Positions 20,532 to 29,295 of a stretch of 64,000 nucleotides of DNA are shown here, piece after piece; the first letter of the stretch is position 1, and the number at the start of each line of letters is the position of its first letter. Made by a program: the position numbers and the translations under genes. The notes beneath the pieces are model-generated. The model saw only the letters and a program-made list of their open reading frames with translations. It made no database searches and was not told the DNA's origin. The stretch comes from Ilumatobacter sp. (GTDB lineage: Bacteria > Actinomycetota > Acidimicrobiia > Acidimicrobiales > Ilumatobacteraceae), in contig DATKCX010000306.1 in the NCBI GenBank assembly GCA_035512975.1, forward strand, positions 11,372 through 75,371. Reading direction: 5' to 3'.

Positions 20532-21751
20532 CAGTTGTGCTCTTTCGTTTCGCGCATATCAAAGGCGATCTTGACGGCACCCCGGCGACCAGCGGACGAG
20601 GCGTGGGCAATGGCATCGACGTGTTCGCCGAGCCGGTAGGTGGCCGAGAGCAATCGCTCGGCCTCGTAGAAGTTGGCAGTGTCGGCGGCCAAGTCGAAGG
20701 TGCGAGCCGTAGTGCCGTCTGCCATCGTCTCGGTGCCGTAGGTGTAGGCACCTTTGAGTTCGGTTTCGCGGTGCCAGAGGCCAGTGAGATCGAGCTTCAC
20801 GTCTGCGGGCATACCCACCAGCACGACCCGCCCGCGCGGTCGGGTGATCCGGATGGCGTCGGCGATCGAGTCGCTGGAACCGACCGCGTCGATCGTGGCA
20901 TGCGCGCCCGACGACAGGTACTGGCCGCCGGCCGGTGAGTCCCCGATGATGTGGCAACCGACCTCGCGACGTACCGCAAGGTCGAGTTTGCTCGACGGAA
21001 CGACGATGTCGGCACCGACTGCTTTGGCCAGCGCCAACTGATGGGGGTAGCGACCGCCCACCACGATGCGAACTCCTGGCACGTACCGCTTCAGGCCGGC
21101 GATGACCGCGAGGCCGACGGTGCCGGCACCGATCACGGCGACGACAGGATCTTGCGTGTCGCGGAGTACCGCGCCAGCGGTGAGGGCTGCGTGAATGCCG
21201 CCGGCGAGCGGTTCGATCAGGACAGCCCGCTCGTCGGGGACGTCGTCGGGAATGGCGTGGAGCTGAGACTCGTGGGCCCAGAACCATGGCCCCCAACCTC
21301 CTCCGGTGGAACAACAGAACCCGGTCTGCAGCCCAGCTTCCACGCCCGTGCGCGACGTGGTGGCGAGATGCGCGTAGTCGTCGCCATCTGCGGGGCAGGC
21401 ACCATCGAACGGCAGCGCGACGCCGCGGGCGGCATGCCCGAGCACCGGTTCCAACACCACGCGAGATCCGTCATCGAGGTGGCCGACGACCTCGTGGCCG
21501 GGCACGAACGGGAACGACACGAAGTCGTCGAAATAGGTCGACGCATGGCCTTCCACGAGCGACAGGTCGGACCCGCAGATGCCCGCAAGGCGGGTGGTGA
21601 CGCGATGCCAACCGTCGCCGGGGGAGGACGGGTCGTCGACCGATCGATACTCCAGCGGCCCGATTCGAGCTGCGGTGGCCGGCGCAACAGCCGACGCGAT
21701 GCGAGCCATCCCGAACCGAGCCGGAGCCCGCTTCACCTGCAACGCCTTCAT
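20531..21751 (-). CDS. Zinc-binding (MDR) alcohol/polyol dehydrogenase
   Basis: AGICGSD, PGHEVVG, IEPLA and IGAGTVG; TGATG overlap with the LarA-like gene; start refined to ATG 21751. Confidence 0.88.
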   Translation of the reverse strand: MKALQVKRAPARFGMARIASAVAPATAARIGPLEYRSVDDPSSPGDGWHRVTTRLAGICGSDLSLVEGHASTYFDDFVSFPFVPGHEVVGHLDDGSRVVLEPVLGHAARGVALPFDGACPADGDDYAHLATTSRTGVEAGLQTGFCCSTGGGWGPWFWAHESQLHAIPDDVPDERAVLIEPLAGGIHAALTAGAVLRDTQDPVVAVIGAGTVGLAVIAGLKRYVPGVRIVVGGRYPHQLALAKAVGADIVVPSSKLDLAVRREVGCHIIGDSPAGGQYLSSGAHATIDAVGSSDSIADAIRITRPRGRVVLVGMPADVKLDLTGLWHRETELKGAYTYGTETMADGTTARTFDLAADTANFYEAERLLSATYRLGEHVDAIAHASSAGRRGAVKIAFDMRETKEHN

Positions 21752-21768
21752 CGTCCACCCACCAACAT

Positions 21769-21799
21769 GGCGTGGATGGTGTCTGACACAAACCACGCC
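21769..21799. repeat. Imperfect inverted repeat with GTGTC-T-GACAC centre
   Basis: GGCGTGG-ATG-GTGTC-T-GACAC-AAA-CCACGCC in the FAR-HAD/dehydrogenase spacer. Confidence 0.75.
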
Positions 21800-21800
21800 T

Positions 21801-24155
21801 TCATCGGAAGGTCCTCCGGCGTTCGCGTTCTACCATCATTTCGCCGATGGGCAACAACGGCACGGAGGCACCTTTCGACTTCGACCAGTTCTCCACCAAC
21901 CAGCCACGCTTGCGGGCGATGGCGGCCAACCGGGTCTCGGGGTTCACTGCAACGGGGAAACCGACCGCCTCGAACAGCGGCAGGTCCGACGACGAGTCGG
22001 CGTAGGCGACGCACTCGTCGAGCCGAAACCCTTCGGCCGAGCAGTAGTCGGCCAAGATCTGGGCGCGGGCCTCGCCGGTGGGCGGCACGGTCATCATTTC
22101 TCCGGAGTAGGTGCCGTCGGCCTTCACACTCATCTCGGCCGACACGATCTCGTCGAACAAGGGCTTGAGACCGGCGACGTTGAACGACAACGCGCCGGTG
22201 ATCAACACCGTGCGGTGGCCGGCAGCACGATGCTCACGCACTCGCCGCAAGCCCTCTGGGAAGCTCTTCGCCATGATGAGGTGGGTCATCATCTCCCGCG
22301 CATCTTCCTCGATCTGCTCGATCGGCGCGTTCTCGTAGCGGCGGTAGAAGTGGCGCAGGAAGTCGGTGCGGTCGCGGCTGTCGAGTTTCAACAGGCGCGG
22401 CGCCTCCGACATCGTGCGCATGACATAGCGCATGCGCTCGGGCCCGTTCAGGCGGCGGGTGGCGAGGAACGAGTAGCTCTCGACGACGTTCGAGGCGATG
22501 AGCGTGTTCTCGAGGTCGAACGCGGCGACGTGACGCTTCGGGTCGAGCACCTGCTTGCGGAGACGGGTGGCGCGGTCTGGGGTTTGCGACTTGCCCGGAT
22601 TGGACTTCACGCGAGCGTGCTGCACGATCGACGGCAGGTGGATGCCGGTGACGTAGTGCTCCCAGTCGACCGACGCCGGGTTGAAGTTGAACGCGGCTTG
22701 GTCGGCCTCGTCGAGCGAGTTCCACAGCGCCATCAGGTTGTCGACCTGGTAGATCGCTTCGCATTCGGTGTACAGGCCGTAGAGCTCGACGTACTGGAGT
22801 GCGGTGTCGATCTCGGTTCGCTTCGCTTCCAACGTGGCCGCGAACTCAGCTCGCTCACCACGCAGTGGCAGAGCCTGCAACGTCTTTTCGGCGACGTTCA
22901 ACACCTTCTTGGCACGGTCGAGCTGCTGCTGTACTCGGCCACGACCGAGGAAATTCCATTCGGGCACGAGAATCGGCTGACCCTCGTTGTCGTAGAGCGG
23001 GTGCTCGGTGAACCAACCAGAGATGTAGTTGATCATCGCCCGGTACTTGAGCGGGTTGATGCCACCCGACGCGACGTGCGTGATCGCCGGCGCATCTTCA
23101 GGGCCAGCGGCTGCCACAGCAATGATCGCGGCCACGACGATGTCGACCGGAATCACGTCGACGGTGCCTTCCGGCACGCCTGGGAACTCTTTCAGCAGAC
23201 CTCGGGCGTAGCTGATGATGACCGGTTCGGCCATGCGGAACCCACGAATCCAGCCCGGCTTCGGTTCGGCCCAGGCCGACTCGATGATCGAGGGGCGCAC
23301 GATCGACACGGGCACGTTGCCTTTGGAGTCGGTGAGCGCCTGCTCGCCGAGCGCTTTGGTGAACGCGTAGGCGTCTGGCCAACCGACGCTGGCGGCGCGA
23401 GAGCGCCCAGCTTCGACCAACTGATCCTTGACCCAGCGCTCACGGAGCTGCTCGGTCTTGGCGGCGAGCGCCGGGGCACCGGCAGCGCCGAGCTCGTTGC
23501 GGGCCTCTTTGCGGTATCGCACCAACCGCTCCGGTTGGCGGCTGAGCGACTCGGTGTCGCCCCATAACCGACGTGAAGCGGCAACCTCGGACTTCCACGA
23601 CAGGCCGATGTCGAACGGCCCAGCGCTGACCAGTTCTTCTGGGGCGTTGCCGCGCCGGTTGCCGGCGACATAACACGTACTCACCGCAACGAGGTGCGGG
23701 GTGATGCCGAGCTTCTGGCAGAGCTCGACGATGCGAACCGGCCCGAGCAGGTTGATCTCCACCGCTCGGTCGAGTGGCGAGTCGAACGACACCGTCGCCG
23801 CCGAGTGGATGATGGTGTGAGCGGTGGCCCACAGCGCCGTGTCGGCTTCGTTCAAACCGAGACCGTCACGCGACACGTCGCCTGCGACGGTGGTGATGCG
23901 GCGCGCCACCATCTCGTCGAAGGTTTCCGGCGAACCTGGCGCATTGAACTGCTCGCGCAGTCGATCGAACGCATCGTTCTTGAGGAGCTCTTTGCGGGTA
24001 CGTTCCGACGCCGTGGTGCGGCGCCCGTCGCGTACGAGCAGGATGAGCTCACAGTCGGGTACGCCGCGCAACAGCCGTTCTACGAGTGCGGTGCCGACGA
24101 AGCCGGTTCCCCCCGTGACGGCGATGCGCTTGCCAGCGAGCGATGCTGCGATCAC
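21801..24155 (-). CDS. Fatty acyl-CoA reductase (NAD_binding_4 + male-sterility C-term) fused to HAD-IB phosphatase
   Basis: VTGGTGFVG, IHSAATVSFD, YAFTK (YxxxK), IVRPSIIES, DVIPVD and FNPASVDW; then AFDLENTL and YADSSSDLPL..AVNP. Start refined to GTG 24155. Confidence 0.88.
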   Translation of the reverse strand: MIAASLAGKRIAVTGGTGFVGTALVERLLRGVPDCELILLVRDGRRTTASERTRKELLKNDAFDRLREQFNAPGSPETFDEMVARRITTVAGDVSRDGLGLNEADTALWATAHTIIHSAATVSFDSPLDRAVEINLLGPVRIVELCQKLGITPHLVAVSTCYVAGNRRGNAPEELVSAGPFDIGLSWKSEVAASRRLWGDTESLSRQPERLVRYRKEARNELGAAGAPALAAKTEQLRERWVKDQLVEAGRSRAASVGWPDAYAFTKALGEQALTDSKGNVPVSIVRPSIIESAWAEPKPGWIRGFRMAEPVIISYARGLLKEFPGVPEGTVDVIPVDIVVAAIIAVAAAGPEDAPAITHVASGGINPLKYRAMINYISGWFTEHPLYDNEGQPILVPEWNFLGRGRVQQQLDRAKKVLNVAEKTLQALPLRGERAEFAATLEAKRTEIDTALQYVELYGLYTECEAIYQVDNLMALWNSLDEADQAAFNFNPASVDWEHYVTGIHLPSIVQHARVKSNPGKSQTPDRATRLRKQVLDPKRHVAAFDLENTLIASNVVESYSFLATRRLNGPERMRYVMRTMSEAPRLLKLDSRDRTDFLRHFYRRYENAPIEQIEEDAREMMTHLIMAKSFPEGLRRVREHRAAGHRTVLITGALSFNVAGLKPLFDEIVSAEMSVKADGTYSGEMMTVPPTGEARAQILADYCSAEGFRLDECVAYADSSSDLPLFEAVGFPVAVNPETRLAAIARKRGWLVENWSKSKGASVPLLPIGEMMVERERRRTFR

Positions 24156-24164
24156 GGAACACTG

Positions 24165-24180
24165 TCTACCATCTGGTAGA
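24165..24180. promoter_or_regulatory. Candidate TetR operator TCTACCA-TC-TGGTAGA
   Basis: Perfect 7-bp inverted repeat in the 47-bp spacer between the divergent FAR operon and tetR. Confidence 0.65.
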
Positions 24181-24202
24181 GAGACCTGCAATACTGAAGA
24201 CA

Positions 24203-24823
24203 ATGTCATCTCCGACAGTTCGCGAAACGAGCACGCGCCAGCGGATCCTCGACGCCGCGCTCGACTTGTTCGGATCGCGCGGGGTCGACGCCGTCTCACT
24301 CGACGAAATCGCCCGCGAAGTGGGCGTTCGAAAGCAGACCGTGCTGTATTGGTTCGCGTCGAAAGATGAACTGCTCGACGCGGTGCTCGAAGAGGTGGCC
24401 GCAGAACTGATCGTGGTGATCGACGCTGCCGTGCGGTCAGCGGAACCAGATCCGCTCCAGCGCATCGACGCGGTGGTGCGCGCCGTGTTTCGGCCTGCGG
24501 TCCGTCGCCCGGCGATGTTGGGGTTGGTACGTGAACTCACGCGGTTGCCCGAAGCTCACGCGGATCGGCTCCGGGTGCGCGTGCAGCCCCTGGTCGACCG
24601 ATGCGTCGAGTACCTCGAGCAAGAGATGGACAAGGGGCACCTTCGTCGGGCCGATGCGCGCCTGGTGGTCGGTCTGGCCTACGCCACCGTGACAGGAATC
24701 GCCACCGATCGCGAGGTCTTGCGAGCGGTCGGTTGGCAACCGACCACCTCGGGTCTGCGCCACCTGCGGGACGAGTTGCGAGCATTCCTGCGGGCCGCCC
24801 TCGCACCGCCCGCGCCCATCTGA
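24203..24823 (+). CDS. TetR/AcrR family transcriptional regulator
   Basis: TRQRILDAALDLF..SLDEIAREVGVRKQTVLYWFASK HTH. Confidence 0.92.
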   Translation: MSSPTVRETSTRQRILDAALDLFGSRGVDAVSLDEIAREVGVRKQTVLYWFASKDELLDAVLEEVAAELIVVIDAAVRSAEPDPLQRIDAVVRAVFRPAVRRPAMLGLVRELTRLPEAHADRLRVRVQPLVDRCVEYLEQEMDKGHLRRADARLVVGLAYATVTGIATDREVLRAVGWQPTTSGLRHLRDELRAFLRAALAPPAPI

Positions 24824-24863
24824 CGACCGACCGAGGCCTGCCTGGTCACTTCGTCGTTCGTCC

Positions 24864-26003
24864 TCACACGGGAACGGTCGCCGCTCCTGCAGAGGGGGCA
24901 CAGATCCACACCGCCGCCGTGAGTCCGTCGAACTGGTAACGGTCGATCACGGAGCGACCGAACGCTTCGGTGTGTTCCGACGAGACCAGCGCAACCGCGC
25001 AACCAGCGAATCCGCCGCCGGTCATGCGGGCCCCGAGACACCCCGGAGCGTCGAGAGCAATCTCGACGATGTGGTCGAGAGCCGGGGCCGACACCTCGAA
25101 GTCGTCGCGCAAGCTGATGTGACTCTCGCTCATGAGCCGCCCGAACTCGGAGACGTCGTGTCGCTTCAAGGCGTCGACGGCTCGGAGAGTACGAGCGTTG
25201 TCGGTGACCACGTGGCGCGCCCGCCGACGATCGACCGGGTCGGTCACCTGGCTGAGCTGCTCCACGGTGACATCACGGAGGGCCACGACTCCGAGCTCGG
25301 CTACGGCCCGCTCGCACGACGCACGGCGGTCTCCGTACGCTGCCTCGGCCAGCACTCGTCGAGTTCGAGTGTCCATGATGGCCACCGCCGCACCACTCGG
25401 CAGCGGAATCGGCTGCAGTGTCGTGGCCCGACAATCCATCAAGCTTGCATGCCCGGCGACTGCGCCGGCCGAGATGAATTGGTCCATGATGCCGCTCCCG
25501 AGGCCGACGATCTCGTTCTCCACCCGCTGGCTGAGGCGGGCGACTTCGATCGGCGACCAGCTCACGTCGGCACGCGCCAGCAGACCGGTGACCAGTGCCA
25601 CTTCGAGCGCTGCCGACGACGACAGGCTGGCACCGACGGGGATGTCGGTGGCGATCGCCGCCCGCCAGCCGCCGGTACGAATGCCGTGTTCGCGCAGGAG
25701 TGTGACGACCCCTGCGATGTGTCGGGCCCACGGCACGACGGATCGCGGATCGCCGGCCGGGTCGATCTCGAGGTCGCCGAACCCGTCGGATGAGACGATC
25801 ACGGTTCCCGAATCGGGGTCGCCATGGTCGCTCCACGCGATGGCAGTGTCGAACGGCAACGCCATCGGCAGGGCAAACCCCTCGTTGTAGTCGGTGTGTT
25901 CACCGATCAGATTCACCCGCCCCGGTGCCCGCGAGAGGAATCGGGGCGGCCCCCACCGGTGGGCGTGGTCGGTCTTCGCTTGTTCGATGGCTCGATGGTT
26001 CAT
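24864..26003 (-). CDS. galK: Galactokinase
   Basis: APGRVNLIGEHTDYNEG, IPVGASLSSSAALE, GIMDQ and GARMTGGGFAGC; ATGA overlap with the alpha-galactosidase stop. Confidence 0.95.
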   Translation of the reverse strand: MNHRAIEQAKTDHAHRWGPPRFLSRAPGRVNLIGEHTDYNEGFALPMALPFDTAIAWSDHGDPDSGTVIVSSDGFGDLEIDPAGDPRSVVPWARHIAGVVTLLREHGIRTGGWRAAIATDIPVGASLSSSAALEVALVTGLLARADVSWSPIEVARLSQRVENEIVGLGSGIMDQFISAGAVAGHASLMDCRATTLQPIPLPSGAAVAIMDTRTRRVLAEAAYGDRRASCERAVAELGVVALRDVTVEQLSQVTDPVDRRRARHVVTDNARTLRAVDALKRHDVSEFGRLMSESHISLRDDFEVSAPALDHIVEIALDAPGCLGARMTGGGFAGCAVALVSSEHTEAFGRSVIDRYQFDGLTAAVWICAPSAGAATVPV

Positions 26004-28099
26004 GATCGGAGGTGGATCAGCACGGCGGTGTCGGGGTCGACGGCGGGCAACTGAAGGCCGACCGTGGCCAGGGCCGCACCGGTGGCGATCACGCCGCCCG
26101 GTCGACACCATGCAGGCAGCGTGTGCCCCGGCTGTCGGTGTTCGACGCCGGGAACGTTCAGACGTTCCACTCGATAGGCCCGAGCGGGCTCGAGGTCGGG
26201 CAGGAGCAGCGGGGGAGGTGTGAGACTGAATGCGGTGGCGATCAGCGCGAACGACACGATGGCCTCGCTCCGGTCGGGCGCATAGACGCCGTGCGCCACG
26301 TACGCTGCCTCGGTGTCGAACCTGACGGGGTCGCCCCCGTGGAGCAGCGTGCGAAAGCGACGATGCAATGCGACGACGTCGGCGAGCTGTTCGAGTTCGT
26401 CGTCCGACAGCGCGAGCAGGTTGGATTCGATGCCGAGGTGGCCGAACAACGCCGTCGCAGCTCGAAACCCGAGGTCGTGCCGGCGGCCTGTGGTGTGGGA
26501 TCTACGGTCGCCGACGTGGGCACCCATCAGCTCGGGTGGGATCAGCATCGACAGGCCACGCTGGATCGTTTGACGTTCCACGGGGTCGTTGCAGTCGCTC
26601 GCCCACACGCGTTCGGCACGTCGGAGTATTTCGTGGTCGATTCGCGCGCCGCCCGACGCACACGATTCGATCTCGACGTGCGGGTGCCTGGCCCGCAGCT
26701 CGTCGAGCAGTCGATAGACGGCCCGAGTCTGAGCGTGCGTGCCTGCGGCACCGGTGGTGCCGGACGCGGCGATGTGGTCCCGGTTCATGTCCCACTTCAA
26801 GAAGGCGATGTCGTGATCGCGGAGCAGCGCGTCGATCTGACCGAACACGTGTCGATACGCGTCGTGGTGGGTGAGGTCGAGCATGAGCTGATGCCGCGAC
26901 AGCACCGGTTCGTAGCCGTCGGTGGTGAGGGTCCACTCCGGATGCGCCCGGTACAGATCGCTGTCGGGGCTCACCATCTCGGGCTCGACCCACAGACCGA
27001 ACTCCATGCCGAGCCCGCGCACGTGATCGATCAGTGGCGTCAATCCATCCGGAAAGACGTCGGCGGCGACGACCCAGTCTCCGAGGCCGGCACGATCGTT
27101 GCGTCGAGCACCGAACCAACCGTCGTCGAGCACGAACCGTTCGGCACCCACTCGGGCGGCGCGATCAGCGAGCGCCAGCAGCGAGGGCAGTTGCTGCTCG
27201 AAGTAGACGGCCTCCCAAGTGTTCACGATGACGGGTCGTGGGGTCGTCGGGTGGGTCGATCTGGCGCGCAGATGCCGATGGAACTGTTGCGTCGCGGCGG
27301 TCAGACCGTGATCCGAATGCACGCCGATCACCTCCGGTGTGCGGTACGACTCGCCGGGAGCCAAGGCGATCTCGCCCGGGTGCAGCAGTTCCCCGAGCTG
27401 CAGCATTCGCTGACCGTCGGGGAGCCGTTCGGCGAGGATGGTGTGATTGCCGCTCCACGCCAGATGTGCGCCCCACACCGAACCGTCCCACTCTCGATAC
27501 GCGGGTGTACCGGCGAACACGAGCGGCGGATGCTCGTGAGACGTGCGTCCGGTGCGATTCTCGAACGAGTGAGCTCCGTGCGGCCACGCAGTTCGTGTCG
27601 GATGCATCTCGCGCGTCCAGCGACCGCCGAACGTGCCGAGTTCGCCGACGTGCTGGGGGACCGGCAACGTGATGGTCAACGCACCGAGCAGGTAAGGCGC
27701 GCGGCCCACGTTGGTGACCTCGGCCCACACCACCAGTGCTTCGCGCAGTTCGATCGTGACCGCGATGGTCAATCCGGCGATGTCGTCGCGGGCCCGCACC
27801 ACGACGCGCGCGCCATCGGGGTCGAGTTCGTGACCGTCGGGTTCGAACCGGGGAGCCCATGCCGAGCCGCCGGGACGGTGGCCGATCAATCCGGGCCGTC
27901 CGCTGAATCCGGACGCATGTTCTGGCACCACGGCCACGGGTGCCACCACGTCTGCCGCTCCACTGACCAGCGGTCGATCGAGCATCGCTGCATCGAAGCC
28001 ATCGGGGAGGTGGGCTCCCCAGTGCACGATGATCGGCACGCCGGCTGAGACGTCGACGAAGACGTCGCTCGCGTGCCCGTGCAGATGGAGCAGATTCAT
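26000..28099 (-). CDS. Alpha-galactosidase (GH36)
   Basis: NTWEAVYF, FVLDDGWF, FGLWVEPEM, LKWDMNR, ESCASGGAR and WASDCND motifs. Confidence 0.95.
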   Translation of the reverse strand: MNLLHLHGHASDVFVDVSAGVPIIVHWGAHLPDGFDAAMLDRPLVSGAADVVAPVAVVPEHASGFSGRPGLIGHRPGGSAWAPRFEPDGHELDPDGARVVVRARDDIAGLTIAVTIELREALVVWAEVTNVGRAPYLLGALTITLPVPQHVGELGTFGGRWTREMHPTRTAWPHGAHSFENRTGRTSHEHPPLVFAGTPAYREWDGSVWGAHLAWSGNHTILAERLPDGQRMLQLGELLHPGEIALAPGESYRTPEVIGVHSDHGLTAATQQFHRHLRARSTHPTTPRPVIVNTWEAVYFEQQLPSLLALADRAARVGAERFVLDDGWFGARRNDRAGLGDWVVAADVFPDGLTPLIDHVRGLGMEFGLWVEPEMVSPDSDLYRAHPEWTLTTDGYEPVLSRHQLMLDLTHHDAYRHVFGQIDALLRDHDIAFLKWDMNRDHIAASGTTGAAGTHAQTRAVYRLLDELRARHPHVEIESCASGGARIDHEILRRAERVWASDCNDPVERQTIQRGLSMLIPPELMGAHVGDRRSHTTGRRHDLGFRAATALFGHLGIESNLLALSDDELEQLADVVALHRRFRTLLHGGDPVRFDTEAAYVAHGVYAPDRSEAIVSFALIATAFSLTPPPLLLPDLEPARAYRVERLNVPGVEHRQPGHTLPAWCRPGGVIATGAALATVGLQLPAVDPDTAVLIHLRS

Positions 28100-28207
28100 C
28101 GTGACCGAGAGTCTGCCCGGTGTTCGGCGTGCAGTGCGAGCGGCACCAGGAATCCATGGAGATCGAACTCGTAGTCGTCGACCTCCGTCGGTTGGTTCGC
28201 CGTGCTC

Positions 28208-28243
28208 GTCGGGGTGCCGGTCGGGGTGCCAGTCGGGGTGCCG
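28208..28243. repeat. 12-bp tandem repeat x3 (GTCGGGGTGCCR)
   Basis: Units at 28208, 28220 and 28232 in the divergent promoter region. Confidence 0.9.
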
Positions 28244-28269
28244 GCCGTGTCAGGGGACTCGAACACTTT

Positions 28270-28337
28270 GTTCATCTTTCGAAAACTAGCGGTTCATCTT
28301 GACAGCAAACAGCGATTTGTGAAAGTATTCGAAAGTA
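28270..28337 (+). promoter_or_regulatory. Promoter (TTGACA 28299-28304) with repeated GTTCATCTT / GAAAGTA / CTTTC boxes; candidate DeoR operators
   Basis: AT-rich island; GTTCATCTT twice 22 bp apart; GAAAGTA twice 10 bp apart; TTTCGAAA palindrome. Confidence 0.6.
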
Positions 28338-29207
28338 ATGGAACGTCTAGGGGGGCTTCCGGACACCCATCTCCTGCTGGAGGTGCGGTTGGTCCTGATC
28401 CAGCAACTGCTGGAACAACGTGGGTTCGTCCGCGTCCGAGATCTCGCCGAGCGGTTCGGCGTGTCCACCGTGACGGTACGCACCGACTTGCAACTCCTGG
28501 AGGAACGCCAACTCGCGTTCCGTGTGCACGGTGGCGCGATGCCGTTCAACGGCGCACGCGGCGAGCGCACCTTCGAGGAGGTCGCCGAGCGCCAGGCGTC
28601 CGAGAAGATGTCCATCGCGTCGGCCGCCGCAGCACTGGTCGCCAACGGCGAGACCATCGTCATCGATGTCGGCACCACCGCCGCCGCGTTCGCTCAGGCC
28701 ATCGTCGATCGTCTCGATCTGCAAGATCTCACCGTGCTCACGAACGGTCTCAAGATCGCGTTGTTGCTCGAGGCGGCGCACCCGCGCTTCACCATCGTGG
28801 TGACGGGCGGAACCTTGCGCCCGAAGCAGCACTCTCTTGTCGAACCGCAAGCGACCGACATGTTCCGGTCGTTGCGGGTCGACTCAGTGTTCCTCGGCTG
28901 CAACGGTGTGTCCACCGACGGCGGCGTCACGAACATCAACCTCCCCGAGGCCATCGTGAAGCGAGCCATGATCGCCTCCGCCGCTCGGTGCGTGGTGATG
29001 GCCGACAGCACCAAGCTCGGCGTTCGCACGCTCGCGCCGGTGTGTGACCTCGAGCAGATCGATGTGCTGGTCACCGACGGCGGTGCCGATGCCGGCGACC
29101 TCGAGGTCATCAGGGCGCACGGAGTCGACGTCGTCGTCGCCGAGCAGCCCGCAGTACGCGATCGCCGCGTCGAACGCGGCATCGACCAACGATCGTCCGG
29201 GTCCTGA
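28338..29207 (+). CDS. DeoR/GlpR family transcriptional regulator
   Basis: VRDLAERFGVSTVTVRTDL, RVHGGA, IDVGTT, VLTNG and FLGCNG motifs. Confidence 0.93.
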   Translation: MERLGGLPDTHLLLEVRLVLIQQLLEQRGFVRVRDLAERFGVSTVTVRTDLQLLEERQLAFRVHGGAMPFNGARGERTFEEVAERQASEKMSIASAAAALVANGETIVIDVGTTAAAFAQAIVDRLDLQDLTVLTNGLKIALLLEAAHPRFTIVVTGGTLRPKQHSLVEPQATDMFRSLRVDSVFLGCNGVSTDGGVTNINLPEAIVKRAMIASAARCVVMADSTKLGVRTLAPVCDLEQIDVLVTDGGADAGDLEVIRAHGVDVVVAEQPAVRDRRVERGIDQRSSGS

Positions 29208-29295
29208 CCTGGGGGTACCTGGCTCACACGCGTGGGCAGGGGGAGCAAGCGGTGGCGGCGAAGCCGTCACCACGACACACAAGGAGCAGCACATC

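Noticed and set aside
29204-29214. CTGACCTGGGG matching the reverse complement in the tRNA terminator (52243-52253)
   Set aside because: Only two 11-bp copies; too little to call a repeat family from this window.
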